In this document: piece after piece, positions 7,424 to 16,464 of the stretch
Numbering within the stretch: position 1 is the stretch's first letter
Layout of the letters: every line of letters begins with the position of its first letter
Source: a virus
Lineage: Duplodnaviria > Caudoviricetes
Reading direction: 5' to 3' (one strand)
Virus record (IMG/VR): IMGVR_UViG_3300005805_000473
Span: 1-24,519 of that record
DNA length: 24,519 nt
The notes under the pieces: generated by a model
Told to the model about the DNA's origin: nothing
What the model saw: only the letters and a program-made list of their open reading frames with translations
The model's database searches: none
Translations under genes and position numbers: made by a program

Positions 7424-7902
7424 TGGCAACGCTAAAGCGCACCATGGAGCAGGCCATGGACATGGAAGAAGGCGACGACATGGAGGAGGGCAGCAACTGC
7501 CCGATGCCAACACAAGACATCACGCTGAACCTGAAGAACAGGGCCAAGGCGATTACCAGCGCGGCCTATGGGCCGCAAAACCCCAAGCTGCCCAACCGTG
7601 CGTTTTGGGCAAAGAAGGCTGACGCATGGGATGTGTCAGAGAAGGAAGCCAAGACGAGCCTGTGCGGGAACTGCGCGGCCTTCAATGTGTCCGATGACAT
7701 CAAAGAGTGCATTGCCGAGGGCATTGGCATGGAGGCTGACCCATGGGGCACGATTGAGTTGGCTGATCTTGGATATTGCGAGATTTTCGATTTCAAATGT
7801 TCCGCATCTAGAACTTGTTCGGCATGGGTAGTGGGTGGTCCCAACACTGGTGAGCAAGAGGGTGAGGACATGGAAGGCGAGTACGAGGAGGGCGAATCAT
7901 GA
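7423..7902 (+). CDS. Acidic Cys-motif protein with HiPIP-like metal/Fe-S ligand pattern
   Basis: CGNCAAF...GYCEIFDFKCSASRTCSAW, with acidic N- and C-terminal tails. Confidence 0.65.
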   Translation: MATLKRTMEQAMDMEEGDDMEEGSNCPMPTQDITLNLKNRAKAITSAAYGPQNPKLPNRAFWAKKADAWDVSEKEAKTSLCGNCAAFNVSDDIKECIAEGIGMEADPWGTIELADLGYCEIFDFKCSASRTCSAWVVGGPNTGEQEGEDMEGEYEEGES

Positions 7903-8054
7903 AAGGTCTTTATGCGAACATTGCTGCAAAACGTGCTCGAATTGAGGGAGGCTCTAAAGAGAAAATGCGACAGCCTGGAAGCAAGGGTGCGCCAACGGCT
8001 GCTGCTTTTAAGGCAGCGGCTAAAACGGCCAAGCCAGTAAAGGCCAAGAAATGA
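7899..8054 (+). CDS. Small Lys/Ala-rich basic protein (51 aa), not in the ORF track
   Basis: MKGLYANIAAKRARIEGGSKEKMRQPGSKGAPTAAAFKAAAKTAKPVKAKK; SD GGAGGG; ATGA overlaps at both ends. Confidence 0.8.
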   Translation: MKGLYANIAAKRARIEGGSKEKMRQPGSKGAPTAAAFKAAAKTAKPVKAKK

Positions 8055-8347
8055 AGACGCCAGCCTGGCAGCGCAAGGAGGGCAAAAGCCCAAGCGGTGG
8101 CTTGAATGCCAAGGGCCGGGCCAGCGCCAAGGCCGAGGGCATGGACCTCAAGGCGCCAGTGAAGTCTGGCGACAACCCACGGCGTGCCAGCTTCTTGGCA
8201 CGCATGGGCAATATGCCTGGGCCTGAGATGAAGGGTGGTGAGCCAACACGGCTGCTGCTGTCCCTGAAGGCTTGGGGCGCATCCAGCAAGGCTGACGCCA
8301 AAGCCAAGTCGGCTGCGATTTCTGCGAGAAACAAGGCGAAGAAATGA
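8051..8347 (+). CDS. Basic protein, DUF6321-like
   Basis: AWQRKEGKSPSGGLNAKGRAS...RRASFLARM...SLKAWG. Confidence 0.75.
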   Translation: MKTPAWQRKEGKSPSGGLNAKGRASAKAEGMDLKAPVKSGDNPRRASFLARMGNMPGPEMKGGEPTRLLLSLKAWGASSKADAKAKSAAISARNKAKK

Positions 8348-9033
8348 TCCCCATTTGTATTGCGACTGTCCATGGCAAGGGCTTGGCGGTGCTGCTGGAG
8401 TCCATCAAACAGTACGCACCCGAATGCCCGGTCTATCTGCGCGGCCCTGAGTCGGTCATTGGAAACTCCATCGCCGACCTCAAGATTTACGGCCAGCCGA
8501 GCAACTTTGGCGATGATTACAACCATGTGATCGGTGAGGCGCTCAAGGACTGGAACGATTGCATAGTGGCAAACGATGACATCGTGCTGACCCCTGACAG
8601 CGTGAAGACGCTGATGGAGGATGTGCAGATCGTCAAGAGTATGCACAGCGCCAAGGCTGGGTGGATTGCCTCGCGCAGTGATGCCGCGCGGCCATGCCAA
8701 AACGTGCGGATCTGTGAGCCGGGTGAGAGGCTGCACTTTTACAAGTTCTCTTCCGAGAACTTCATCCGCATGGTCGAGGAGGTCAGCCCCATTTTTGCGT
8801 ACATCACCAAAGAGGCATTTGGCGAGGGGTTCCCCCCACTGAATTGGTACTCGGACGATGTGCACTGCCGGGATCTGATCGAGCGCGGGTTCAGCCACTT
8901 TGTCAGCGCGTCCTATGTCCACCACATTGGCAGCCACACAATTGGCTTTAATGCAAAGAAACTGCACGACGAGGCGCTGCCTTGGTTGCTAGAGCACAGG
9001 CCGGAGTATGCAAAAGCCTGGTTTGACGCTTAA
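8344..9033 (+). CDS. Glycosyltransferase, GT-A fold / GT2-like
   Basis: IVANDDIVL (NDD), WYSDDVHC acceptor motif, VHHIGSHT C-terminal His motif. Confidence 0.78.
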   Translation: MIPICIATVHGKGLAVLLESIKQYAPECPVYLRGPESVIGNSIADLKIYGQPSNFGDDYNHVIGEALKDWNDCIVANDDIVLTPDSVKTLMEDVQIVKSMHSAKAGWIASRSDAARPCQNVRICEPGERLHFYKFSSENFIRMVEEVSPIFAYITKEAFGEGFPPLNWYSDDVHCRDLIERGFSHFVSASYVHHIGSHTIGFNAKKLHDEALPWLLEHRPEYAKAWFDA

Positions 9034-9541
9034 TTTAGGCTCGGGCAAGGACTGGCGCGAGGACTGCCTAAATGCCGACATCCAGTCCAGCAAGAAGCCA
9101 GACTGGGTTTTGGACATCACCACCATCCCGTGGGGTGAGACAATTGCCACAAGGCTGGGCGCGTTGGAGATTCAGCGCGGGATGTTTGATGTCATTCTTG
9201 CCAACGATGTGCTGGAACACATCCCCGACTTGGTGGCGGCCATGACCAACTGCAAAGAACTGCTGCGAGTCGGCGGGGAGATGCGGATTCATGTGCCCTA
9301 TGACTTGAGCCTTGGTGCGTGGCAAGACCCGACCCATGTTCGGGCCTTCAACGAGAACTCTTGGCGCTATTACACCGACTGGCACTGGTATCTGAACTGG
9401 CCGGATCGGTTTGAGTTAACCATGCTGGAGATGCGTCTTTCAGCGGTCGGTCAGGCACTAAAATTGCCAGAAGCCGAAATCCTCCGCACGCCACGGGCTG
9501 TGGATTCAATGTATGTGGTTCTCACAAAGGTTGCACCATGA
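9008..9541 (+). CDS. Class I SAM-dependent methyltransferase
   Basis: LNLGSG motif I, FDVILANDVLEHI, LLRVGGEMRIHVP, DPTH. Confidence 0.88.
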   Translation: MQKPGLTLNLGSGKDWREDCLNADIQSSKKPDWVLDITTIPWGETIATRLGALEIQRGMFDVILANDVLEHIPDLVAAMTNCKELLRVGGEMRIHVPYDLSLGAWQDPTHVRAFNENSWRYYTDWHWYLNWPDRFELTMLEMRLSAVGQALKLPEAEILRTPRAVDSMYVVLTKVAP

Positions 9542-11739
9542 ACGAGCAAGACATCACCAACACGATCAACACCGACATCACGGCGGCCCAGCCCATGGAT
9601 GATGCCGAGTTGCAGTCCATCATCACGCAAGACCTGGTGGATGCGGTCAGCTACATCGACAGCGACATCTCGCCCACACGGGCCAAGGGCACCGAGTATT
9701 ACCGTGGCGACCTGTTCGGCAACGAGGTCGAGGGCAACAGCAAAGTGGTGGCGATGGAGGTGCGCGACACGGTGAGCGCCATGCTGCCCAGCCTGATGCG
9801 CGTTTTCTTCAGCACCGAGAACGTGGTGGAGTTTGTGCCCCGAGGCCCAGAGGATGTGGCGAACGCCCAGCAGGCGACCGATTACGTCAACTACATATTC
9901 CAAAACGACAACAACGGGTTTCTGACCAGTTACGCAATCTTCAAGGATTCGCTGGTGCGCAAGTGCGGCATTGCGAAATTCTGGTGGGAGGATGAGGAGA
10001 AGGTCCACATTGACGAGTACACGGGGCTAGACGAGCAGACGCTGCAAATGCTGATGCAAGAGCCGGAGTCCGAGGTCAAGATCGTGGTGTCCTACCCTGA
10101 CCCCGATGTGGATGAAATGCAACTGACCACGGTGGACCCGATGACGGGCCAGCCCATGGTAATGCCTGCGCCGATGCTGCACGATGTGCAGATCAAGCGC
10201 ATCACCAAGGATGGCCGCATCCGCATCATGGCCGTGCCTCCCGAGGAATTGCTGCTGGACCGCCGCGCCCGGTCCTTTGATGACTCGACCATCATTGCCC
10301 ACCGCCAGATGGCGACCGTGGCCGACCTGATCGCCATGGGTTATGACCAAGAAGAGATTGAAGAGAACATCATGTCCAACGATTTGGACAGCAATGACGA
10401 GTATCTGGCTCGCCAGCCGCTGTCCACGACATTCGGCACCAATGACGCTGCCAACCCAATGATGCGCCGGGTGCTGTATGTGGAGGCGTATTCGCGTGTG
10501 GACTATGACGGCGACGGCATTGCCGAGTTGCGCAAGGTCTGCTGCATGGGCGGCGGCTACAAGGTGGTGCGCAACCTGCCAGCCTCTTACATCCCCTTTG
10601 CCGACTTCCCCTGCGACCCCGAGCCGCATACATCGCCATTGGAGGCGATGAGCATTTTTGACATCACCCGCGACCTGCAAGAGATCAAGTCGGAGATTCT
10701 GCGCAACACGCTCGACAGCTTGGCGCAGTCCATCCACCCGCGCACAGCCGTGGTGGAGGGCCAGGTCAACATCGACGATGTGCTGAACAACGAGACAGGC
10801 GCGATTATTCGGATGCGTGCCCCCGGCATGGTCCAGCCTCTGTCCACGCCATTTGTCGGCCAGGCTGCATTCCCGATGATGGAGTACATGGACCAAATCA
10901 AGGAAGACCGCACGGGCATGAGCAAGGCGGCCATGGGCCTGAATGCCGATGCCTTGCAGTCCAGCACCAAGGCTGCGGTGAATGCCACCATCAGCGCCAG
11001 CCAAGGCCGAATTGAGTTGACAGCACGCATCTTGGCCGAGGGCATGAAGAAGCTGTTCAAGGGCATCCTGTTCTTGGTGGTGACCCATCAGGACAAGGCA
11101 CGCATGGTGCGGATGCGCAACGAGTGGGTGGCGATGGACCCGCGCCACTGGGAGTCCACCATGGATGCCAGCATCAACATCGGGCTGGGCAATGGCGACA
11201 TGAACGAGCGCCGACAGGCTTTGATGATGATCTTGGCAAAGCAAGAGCAGATCTTGCAGCAGCTTGGCCCAACCAATCCGCTGGTGACTCCGCAGCAGTT
11301 CAGCAACACGCTGCGCAAGATCGTGGAGTTGTCTGGGTTCAAGGATGCGTCCAGCTACTTCCAAGACATCCCTGCCGACTATGTGCCGCCAGCGCCGCCC
11401 CAGCCCAAGCCCACGCCCGAGCAGGTGCTGGCGCAGGTGCAGGCCGAGAGCATCAAGGCCGACATCCAGAAAAAGGCTGCTGATCTGGAACTCCAGCGCC
11501 AGCAGATGATCATGGACGATGACCTCAAACGCGACCAAATGGCCCAAGACCTGTATCTCAAGAAGTACGAAATTGAGTTAAAGTACAACTCACAGATCAG
11601 TACAGCCGAAATTGATGCGGCCCAGAATATTGATCGTGAAGCGATACGCCAGCAGGCAGTGATTGCGCAGCAGCAAGCAGCGCAGTTGATGCAACCACCG
11701 CCGCAGGCTCCATCAACCTTTAACGGAATGGCACAGTGA
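9538..11739 (+). CDS. Portal protein (P22-like podoviral)
   Basis: 733 aa, located between terL and scaffold/capsid; YYRG..FGNEVEG.SKVV, DRTGMS, Gln-rich helical C-terminus. Confidence 0.9.
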   Translation: MNEQDITNTINTDITAAQPMDDAELQSIITQDLVDAVSYIDSDISPTRAKGTEYYRGDLFGNEVEGNSKVVAMEVRDTVSAMLPSLMRVFFSTENVVEFVPRGPEDVANAQQATDYVNYIFQNDNNGFLTSYAIFKDSLVRKCGIAKFWWEDEEKVHIDEYTGLDEQTLQMLMQEPESEVKIVVSYPDPDVDEMQLTTVDPMTGQPMVMPAPMLHDVQIKRITKDGRIRIMAVPPEELLLDRRARSFDDSTIIAHRQMATVADLIAMGYDQEEIEENIMSNDLDSNDEYLARQPLSTTFGTNDAANPMMRRVLYVEAYSRVDYDGDGIAELRKVCCMGGGYKVVRNLPASYIPFADFPCDPEPHTSPLEAMSIFDITRDLQEIKSEILRNTLDSLAQSIHPRTAVVEGQVNIDDVLNNETGAIIRMRAPGMVQPLSTPFVGQAAFPMMEYMDQIKEDRTGMSKAAMGLNADALQSSTKAAVNATISASQGRIELTARILAEGMKKLFKGILFLVVTHQDKARMVRMRNEWVAMDPRHWESTMDASINIGLGNGDMNERRQALMMILAKQEQILQQLGPTNPLVTPQQFSNTLRKIVELSGFKDASSYFQDIPADYVPPAPPQPKPTPEQVLAQVQAESIKADIQKKAADLELQRQQMIMDDDLKRDQMAQDLYLKKYEIELKYNSQISTAEIDAAQNIDREAIRQQAVIAQQQAAQLMQPPPQAPSTFNGMAQ

Positions 11740-11996
11740 CCAACGACGACCAGATTAGAAAGGGCCGAAAGGCCCAGCAGATTCTTGAGGACGAAACCCT
11801 CAACACTGCAATTGCGAAACTTGAAGGGGATCAGCTTTGGGCGTTTCGGTCATCGAAGCCTGAAGAATCCGCAAAGCGCGAGACAGCTTGGTGCATGTTG
11901 CAGGCCATCGACGGCCTGCGGCAAGAGTTGATCAAGATCATGGACAACGGCAAGATTGCCCAAAAGTCCATGGACCGCACGCAAAAACTAATTTGA
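11736..11996 (+). CDS. Small hypothetical protein following portal
   Basis: GTG start overlapping the portal stop; 86 aa, helical. Confidence 0.75.
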   Translation: MTNDDQIRKGRKAQQILEDETLNTAIAKLEGDQLWAFRSSKPEESAKRETAWCMLQAIDGLRQELIKIMDNGKIAQKSMDRTQKLI

Positions 11997-12001
11997 GGTA
12001 A

Positions 12002-12985
12002 ATGATGTCAGAATCTCAAGCAATGAATGTGGCCGACGCGGCCACTGCTATCTCGGCAATGATGGCCCCTGAAGAAGGACAAGCAGAAGTTGACGAGGCG
12101 CAGCCAGTCGAGGAATCCGAGGAGGATACCGAGACAGCGGCTTCTGAGGAGGAATCCTCTGGTGTGGAAGACGCGCCAGATGAGGAAACCGCAGAGGAAC
12201 AGTCCGAGGAAGACGAAGAATCCGAGGAGCAAGAACAGCCACAGACTTTCACCGTCAAATTAGATGGCAAGGAAGTTTCTGTAACGCTGGACGAACTCCA
12301 AAAGGGTTATTCGCGGACCCAGGACTACACCCGAAAAACGCAGCAGATTGCCGAGGTGCGAAAGCAAGTCGAGCAAGAAACGCAGGCAGTTCGGGCCGAG
12401 CGTCAACAGTACGCTCAATTGTTGGGTGCATTGCAAGCACAACTTCAAGCGACCGAGCCGCAAGTCGATCTGGACCGTCTTTATCATGAAGACCCAATCG
12501 AGTGGGTGCGGCAAAAAGAGGTCATGCGGGAGAGACAAGAGAAAGCCTATGCTATTCAGGCCGAGCAGCAGCGGTTATCTAACCTGTCCCAGTATGAACA
12601 GCAGCGTGCCATGGAGGAGACTCTTTCAAGCCAGAAAGATGCCCTGCTGGCAGCCTTGCCAACTTGGAAAGATCCCAAGACGGCAAGGGCCGAAAAGGCG
12701 CTGGTGGTTGAATCTGCGAAGGCCGCAGGTTTCTCTGAGGAAGACTTGAAGAGCGTTTACGACCACCGACTGGTTTTGCTGCTGCGCAAGGCGGGGCTGT
12801 ACGACCAGATGGTGAGCAAACGCCAGGGCATCAAGCCCGTTGTGAACAATGGCCCACGACCTGCCAAGCCGGGTGCAGCAGGTCGGGTTTCGACAACAAC
12901 TGAGAGTACGAGGGCAAAGCAGCGTCTTGCAAAAACTGGCCGCATCGACGATGCGGTTTCTGCAATTGAATTTTTACTTAAATGA
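12002..12985 (+). CDS. Capsid scaffolding protein
   Basis: Acidic N-terminus, FTVKLDGKEVSVTLDELQKGYSRTQDYTRKTQ motif, coiled coil; precedes the MCP. Confidence 0.85.
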   Translation: MMSESQAMNVADAATAISAMMAPEEGQAEVDEAQPVEESEEDTETAASEEESSGVEDAPDEETAEEQSEEDEESEEQEQPQTFTVKLDGKEVSVTLDELQKGYSRTQDYTRKTQQIAEVRKQVEQETQAVRAERQQYAQLLGALQAQLQATEPQVDLDRLYHEDPIEWVRQKEVMRERQEKAYAIQAEQQRLSNLSQYEQQRAMEETLSSQKDALLAALPTWKDPKTARAEKALVVESAKAAGFSEEDLKSVYDHRLVLLLRKAGLYDQMVSKRQGIKPVVNNGPRPAKPGAAGRVSTTTESTRAKQRLAKTGRIDDAVSAIEFLLK

Positions 12986-12993
12986 GGTAAATC

Positions 12994-13956
12994 ATGGCTA
13001 TCGTAAGCAACACATTCTTGACCTATTCGGCCAAGGGCATCCGCGAAGACTTGAGCAATGTGATCACAAACATCGCTCCTGAAGAAACCCCTTACATGAG
13101 CAACATTGGCCGTGAAAACGTGTCCAACAGCTTGTATGAGTGGCAGACCGACACATTGGCCGCAGCCGCTGCCAATGCTCAACTGGAAGGTGATGACGTT
13201 GCATCTTTTGATGCTGTCACTGCCACCGTGCGTTTGCAAAACTACGCACAGATCAGCCGCAAGACCATCATCTTGTCGGCCACTGAAGAAGTGGTCAACA
13301 AGGCAGGTCGCCGCAGCGAACTGGCCTACCAGATCGCAAAGCGTGGCGCTGAGATGAAGCGTGACCAAGAGTTCAGCATGTTGAACGGCGCTATTGCTGT
13401 GGCGGGTGATTCCACCACTGCACGCGCCACTGCATCGCTGGGTGCCTTTGTCAAGACCAACACCGACAAGCAGACCAACGGTGTCGATCCATCGTACACA
13501 ACGCTGCCAAACAGCGCCCGTACCGATGGCAACGTGCGTACCTTCACTGAAACCATCCTGAAGAACGTCATCCAAAAGGTGTGGACCGCTGGCGGCACTC
13601 CAAAGATCCTGATGTGCGGCCCTGTCAACAAGCAGCGCGTGTCCGGCTTTGCGGGTATTGCTTCTTCACGTTTCAACATCGATGGTGGCGCCAAGCCTGC
13701 CACTTTGGTCGGCGCTGTTGACATTTACGTTTCCGATTTCGGCAACGTGCAAGTCATCGCCAACCGTTTCCAGCGTGAGCGTGACGCATGGGTGATCGAT
13801 CCTGACTACGCCAAGATGACCGTGCTGCGTCCTTACCAGCAAGTCGAACTGGCGAAAACAGGCGACGCTGAGAAGCGCATGTTGATCGTTGAATGGGGTC
13901 ACAAAGTGACCGCTGAAAACGCCCACGGCTTGGCCGCAGACTTGGTTACTTCTTAA
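12994..13956 (+). CDS. Major capsid protein (DUF5309/SU10-like)
   Basis: REDLSNVI.NIAPEETP...EWQTDTL...NYAQI...YVSDFG...LAKTGDAEKRML; SD GAGGT; followed by a terminator. Confidence 0.92.
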   Translation: MAIVSNTFLTYSAKGIREDLSNVITNIAPEETPYMSNIGRENVSNSLYEWQTDTLAAAAANAQLEGDDVASFDAVTATVRLQNYAQISRKTIILSATEEVVNKAGRRSELAYQIAKRGAEMKRDQEFSMLNGAIAVAGDSTTARATASLGAFVKTNTDKQTNGVDPSYTTLPNSARTDGNVRTFTETILKNVIQKVWTAGGTPKILMCGPVNKQRVSGFAGIASSRFNIDGGAKPATLVGAVDIYVSDFGNVQVIANRFQRERDAWVIDPDYAKMTVLRPYQQVELAKTGDAEKRMLIVEWGHKVTAENAHGLAADLVTS

Positions 13957-13966
13957 ACCAAACGGG

Positions 13967-13996
13967 AAAGGGCCAAGGAAACTTGGCCCTTTTTTT
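13967..13996 (+). terminator. Rho-independent terminator after the major capsid gene
   Basis: AAAGGGCCAAG-GAAA-CTTGGCCCTTT continuing into a T7 run. Confidence 0.88.
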
Positions 13997-14314
13997 ATGA
14001 TTGAAAAAAAACTGTTTGATGTAAACGCCCAGCAAGGCATCACCCGTCACTGGCACTACAACACCGACACCGATGAGGTGACGATCCAGACGCAACAGGA
14101 CGTGACCGATGTCATCGAGGCCAACAAAGCCATTTACAATTCAGTTGACGAGAAAGCCAATTGGACAGGGGAATGGCACTTGGTCGCAAGCATTCCAGAA
14201 GCCTTGTATTACAAGATGAAGGCCGAGGGAAAAATTGATGACCAGGAGTACATGAAGAAATGGCTCAACTCGAGCGAAAACCAATTCTTCAGAACTCGAC
14301 CAGGAAAAGTGTGA
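13997..14314 (+). CDS. Hypothetical protein (head region)
   Basis: 105 aa ORF with QDVTDVIEANK...VASIP...FRTRPGKV. Confidence 0.75.
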   Translation: MIEKKLFDVNAQQGITRHWHYNTDTDEVTIQTQQDVTDVIEANKAIYNSVDEKANWTGEWHLVASIPEALYYKMKAEGKIDDQEYMKKWLNSSENQFFRTRPGKV

Positions 14315-14781
14315 TGGCAAGACCAAGAATACCCATTGATCAAAAAATTTCAGAAAAGGTTGTAAAAATACCTGAATCGGGATGCTGGTTATGGATTGGC
14401 TCCATAACAAATCACGGATATGGAACCATGACATTGGGTAGAAATAAAAACATCAGCGCACACAGAGCATCGTATGAATTAAGACATGGACCAATCCCAG
14501 ATGGAATGTTGGCCTTACATCATTGCGACATCAAATGCTGCGTCAACCCCGACCACATTTTCTTAGGCAACCAACAAGACAACATGACCGATAAGGTCTG
14601 TAAAAACCGGCAGGCTAAAGGCAGTAAGCACGGCCAAGCCAAATTGACTGAGCAGCAAGCCAGAGAGGCCAAGTTTGGCACTGCACAGCCAACTGAATTA
14701 GCGCAGAAATTTAACTGTTCAGCCGCCATGATTCGCCAAATTCTCGGCGGACTTTATTGGAAACACTTGGAGAATAAATGA
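14314..14781 (+). CDS. HNH homing endonuclease (His-Me finger)
   Basis: SGCWLWIG...GYG...AHRASY...LHHCDIKCCVNPDHIFLGNQQDNM; ATG 14314 overlaps the upstream TGA; AT-richer than flanks. Confidence 0.9.
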   Translation: MARPRIPIDQKISEKVVKIPESGCWLWIGSITNHGYGTMTLGRNKNISAHRASYELRHGPIPDGMLALHHCDIKCCVNPDHIFLGNQQDNMTDKVCKNRQAKGSKHGQAKLTEQQAREAKFGTAQPTELAQKFNCSAAMIRQILGGLYWKHLENK

Positions 14782-15440
14782 GGAATTACATCGCAGTCTG
14801 CACGCCAGCCCGTGACCAGGTACACACCAACTACACCTATTGCATGGTAAACATGGTGGCGTACCACACGCTCAACACCCAAGACGCTATCAGTCTGAAG
14901 TTGATGCAGGGCACGATCATTCAGAATCAGCGTGCGGATCTGTGCCTCGATGCCATGCGCGAGGGCTGCACGCATATCCTGTTCATCGACAGCGACATGA
15001 CCTTCCCCCAGGACTTGGTGGGCCGCCTCTTGGCGCACGACAAAGAGATCGTGGCCGCCAACTGCGCACGGCGCAGAATGCCCACTGGCCCCACGGCGCA
15101 AGACTATGACGAGAACGGCAAGCGCATCCCTATTTACACCATGCCAGAGTCCACTGGACTGCAAGAGGTGGGAAGCATTGGGACAGGCATAATGCTGATC
15201 AAGCGTGAGGTGTTTGAGGGTATGTCCGAGCCATGGTTCGACATGCCGTGGCAGACCACCCGTGGGTACATGGGCGAGGATGTGTTCTTCTGCAAGAAGG
15301 CACAAGAACTCGGCTACAAGGTCTACATCGACCACGATGTGTCCAAAGAGATTGGGCACATTGGCACGTTTGAATTCCGGCACGACCACACCTGGATCGT
15401 GAAGGAGGAAATGGACAAAGAGGCGAACAATGGCACTTAG
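14778..15440 (+). CDS. Glycosyltransferase, GT-A fold / GT2-like
   Basis: THILFIDSDMTF (DxD), GTGIMLIKREVF, GEDVFFC, GHIG. Confidence 0.85.
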   Translation: MRNYIAVCTPARDQVHTNYTYCMVNMVAYHTLNTQDAISLKLMQGTIIQNQRADLCLDAMREGCTHILFIDSDMTFPQDLVGRLLAHDKEIVAANCARRRMPTGPTAQDYDENGKRIPIYTMPESTGLQEVGSIGTGIMLIKREVFEGMSEPWFDMPWQTTRGYMGEDVFFCKKAQELGYKVYIDHDVSKEIGHIGTFEFRHDHTWIVKEEMDKEANNGT

Positions 15441-16053
15441 CACATACGCACAGTTACAGACATCCATCGGTGACTGGCTCAACAGGTCAGACCTGACGGC
15501 CACCATCCCCGACTTCATCTCTTTGGCCGAGGCGCAGATTGAGCGCACGCTGCGCACGCGCCAGATGATTGTTCGGGCCAATGCGTCTTTTGACTCCCAG
15601 TATGGCGCTGTGCCTGCTGACTTCTTGGAAACCAAGTCCTTGAAGTTGACCAGCACCAACCCACCAACGCCCTTGTCGTTTTTGAGCATTGACGCATTGG
15701 ACGAGCAGTCCACGCGCTACACGGGAAGCGGCAAACCCAAGTTCTTTGGCGTGGTCGGTGGGCAGTTCCGCATTGTTCCAATCCCTGATGCCACCTATAC
15801 CGCCGAGTTGACCTACTTTGCCAAATTGACAAAGTTGTCAAACGATGTGACCAGCAATTGGCTTTTGGCATCAAGTCCAGACGTTTATTTGTACGGATCG
15901 CTGTTGCAGGCTGCGCCATACCTGCAAGACGATGCGAGAATTCAGACATGGGCCACGCTGTACGAGCGTGCATTGAATGATCTGCGCACAGCCGATGATC
16001 GCGCGGCATCCTCGGGCGGTGCGCTGCTGACCCGAGCAAAAACTTTTGGATAA
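15430..16053 (+). CDS. Head-tail adaptor / tail tubular A-like protein
   Basis: YAQLQTSIGDWLNRSDL...IPDFISLAEA...NWLL...PDVYLYGSLLQAAPYL; position after the capsid gene. Confidence 0.75.
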   Translation: MALSTYAQLQTSIGDWLNRSDLTATIPDFISLAEAQIERTLRTRQMIVRANASFDSQYGAVPADFLETKSLKLTSTNPPTPLSFLSIDALDEQSTRYTGSGKPKFFGVVGGQFRIVPIPDATYTAELTYFAKLTKLSNDVTSNWLLASSPDVYLYGSLLQAAPYLQDDARIQTWATLYERALNDLRTADDRAASSGGALLTRAKTFG

Positions 16054-16064
16054 GGAACTGAGCC

Positions 16065-16463
16065 ATGTCATCTTTCACCGACCACACCGAAAGCCTGGTG
16101 CTGACCTGGCTCTTGACCTCCGGCACCGCAACCCGCCCGACAGCTTGGTATGTGGGCCTGTTCACGGCTGCCCCATCCGACACGGGCGGCGGCACTGAGG
16201 TGTCTGGCAGCGGCTACGCCCGAGTGGCTACTGGCACCATGACCATCTCTGGCACATCACCCACCACGGCCACCAACGCTGCGGCGATTGAGTTCGCGGC
16301 TGCAAGCGGCGGCAACTGGGGGTCCATTGGCTGGGCGGCAATCTTTGATGCTGAAACCAGCGGCAACATGCTGGCTTGGGCTGCGCTGTCCACGGCACGC
16401 ACCATCAACGATGGTGATGTGCTGCGCATCCCTGCTGGCGACCTTGATGTCACATTGACATGA
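16065..16463 (+). CDS. Putative tail/virion structural protein
   Basis: YVGLFTAAPSDTGGGTEVSGSGYARV...WAAIFDAETSGNML; tail region. Confidence 0.7.
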   Translation: MSSFTDHTESLVLTWLLTSGTATRPTAWYVGLFTAAPSDTGGGTEVSGSGYARVATGTMTISGTSPTTATNAAAIEFAAASGGNWGSIGWAAIFDAETSGNMLAWAALSTARTINDGDVLRIPAGDLDVTLT

Positions 16464-16464
16464 C

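Noticed and set aside
10027-11547. 506-aa minus-strand ORF and other long antisense ORFs (e.g. 8020-8967, 14754-15713)
   Set aside because: Shadow ORFs of GC-rich plus-strand genes; no recognisable motifs.
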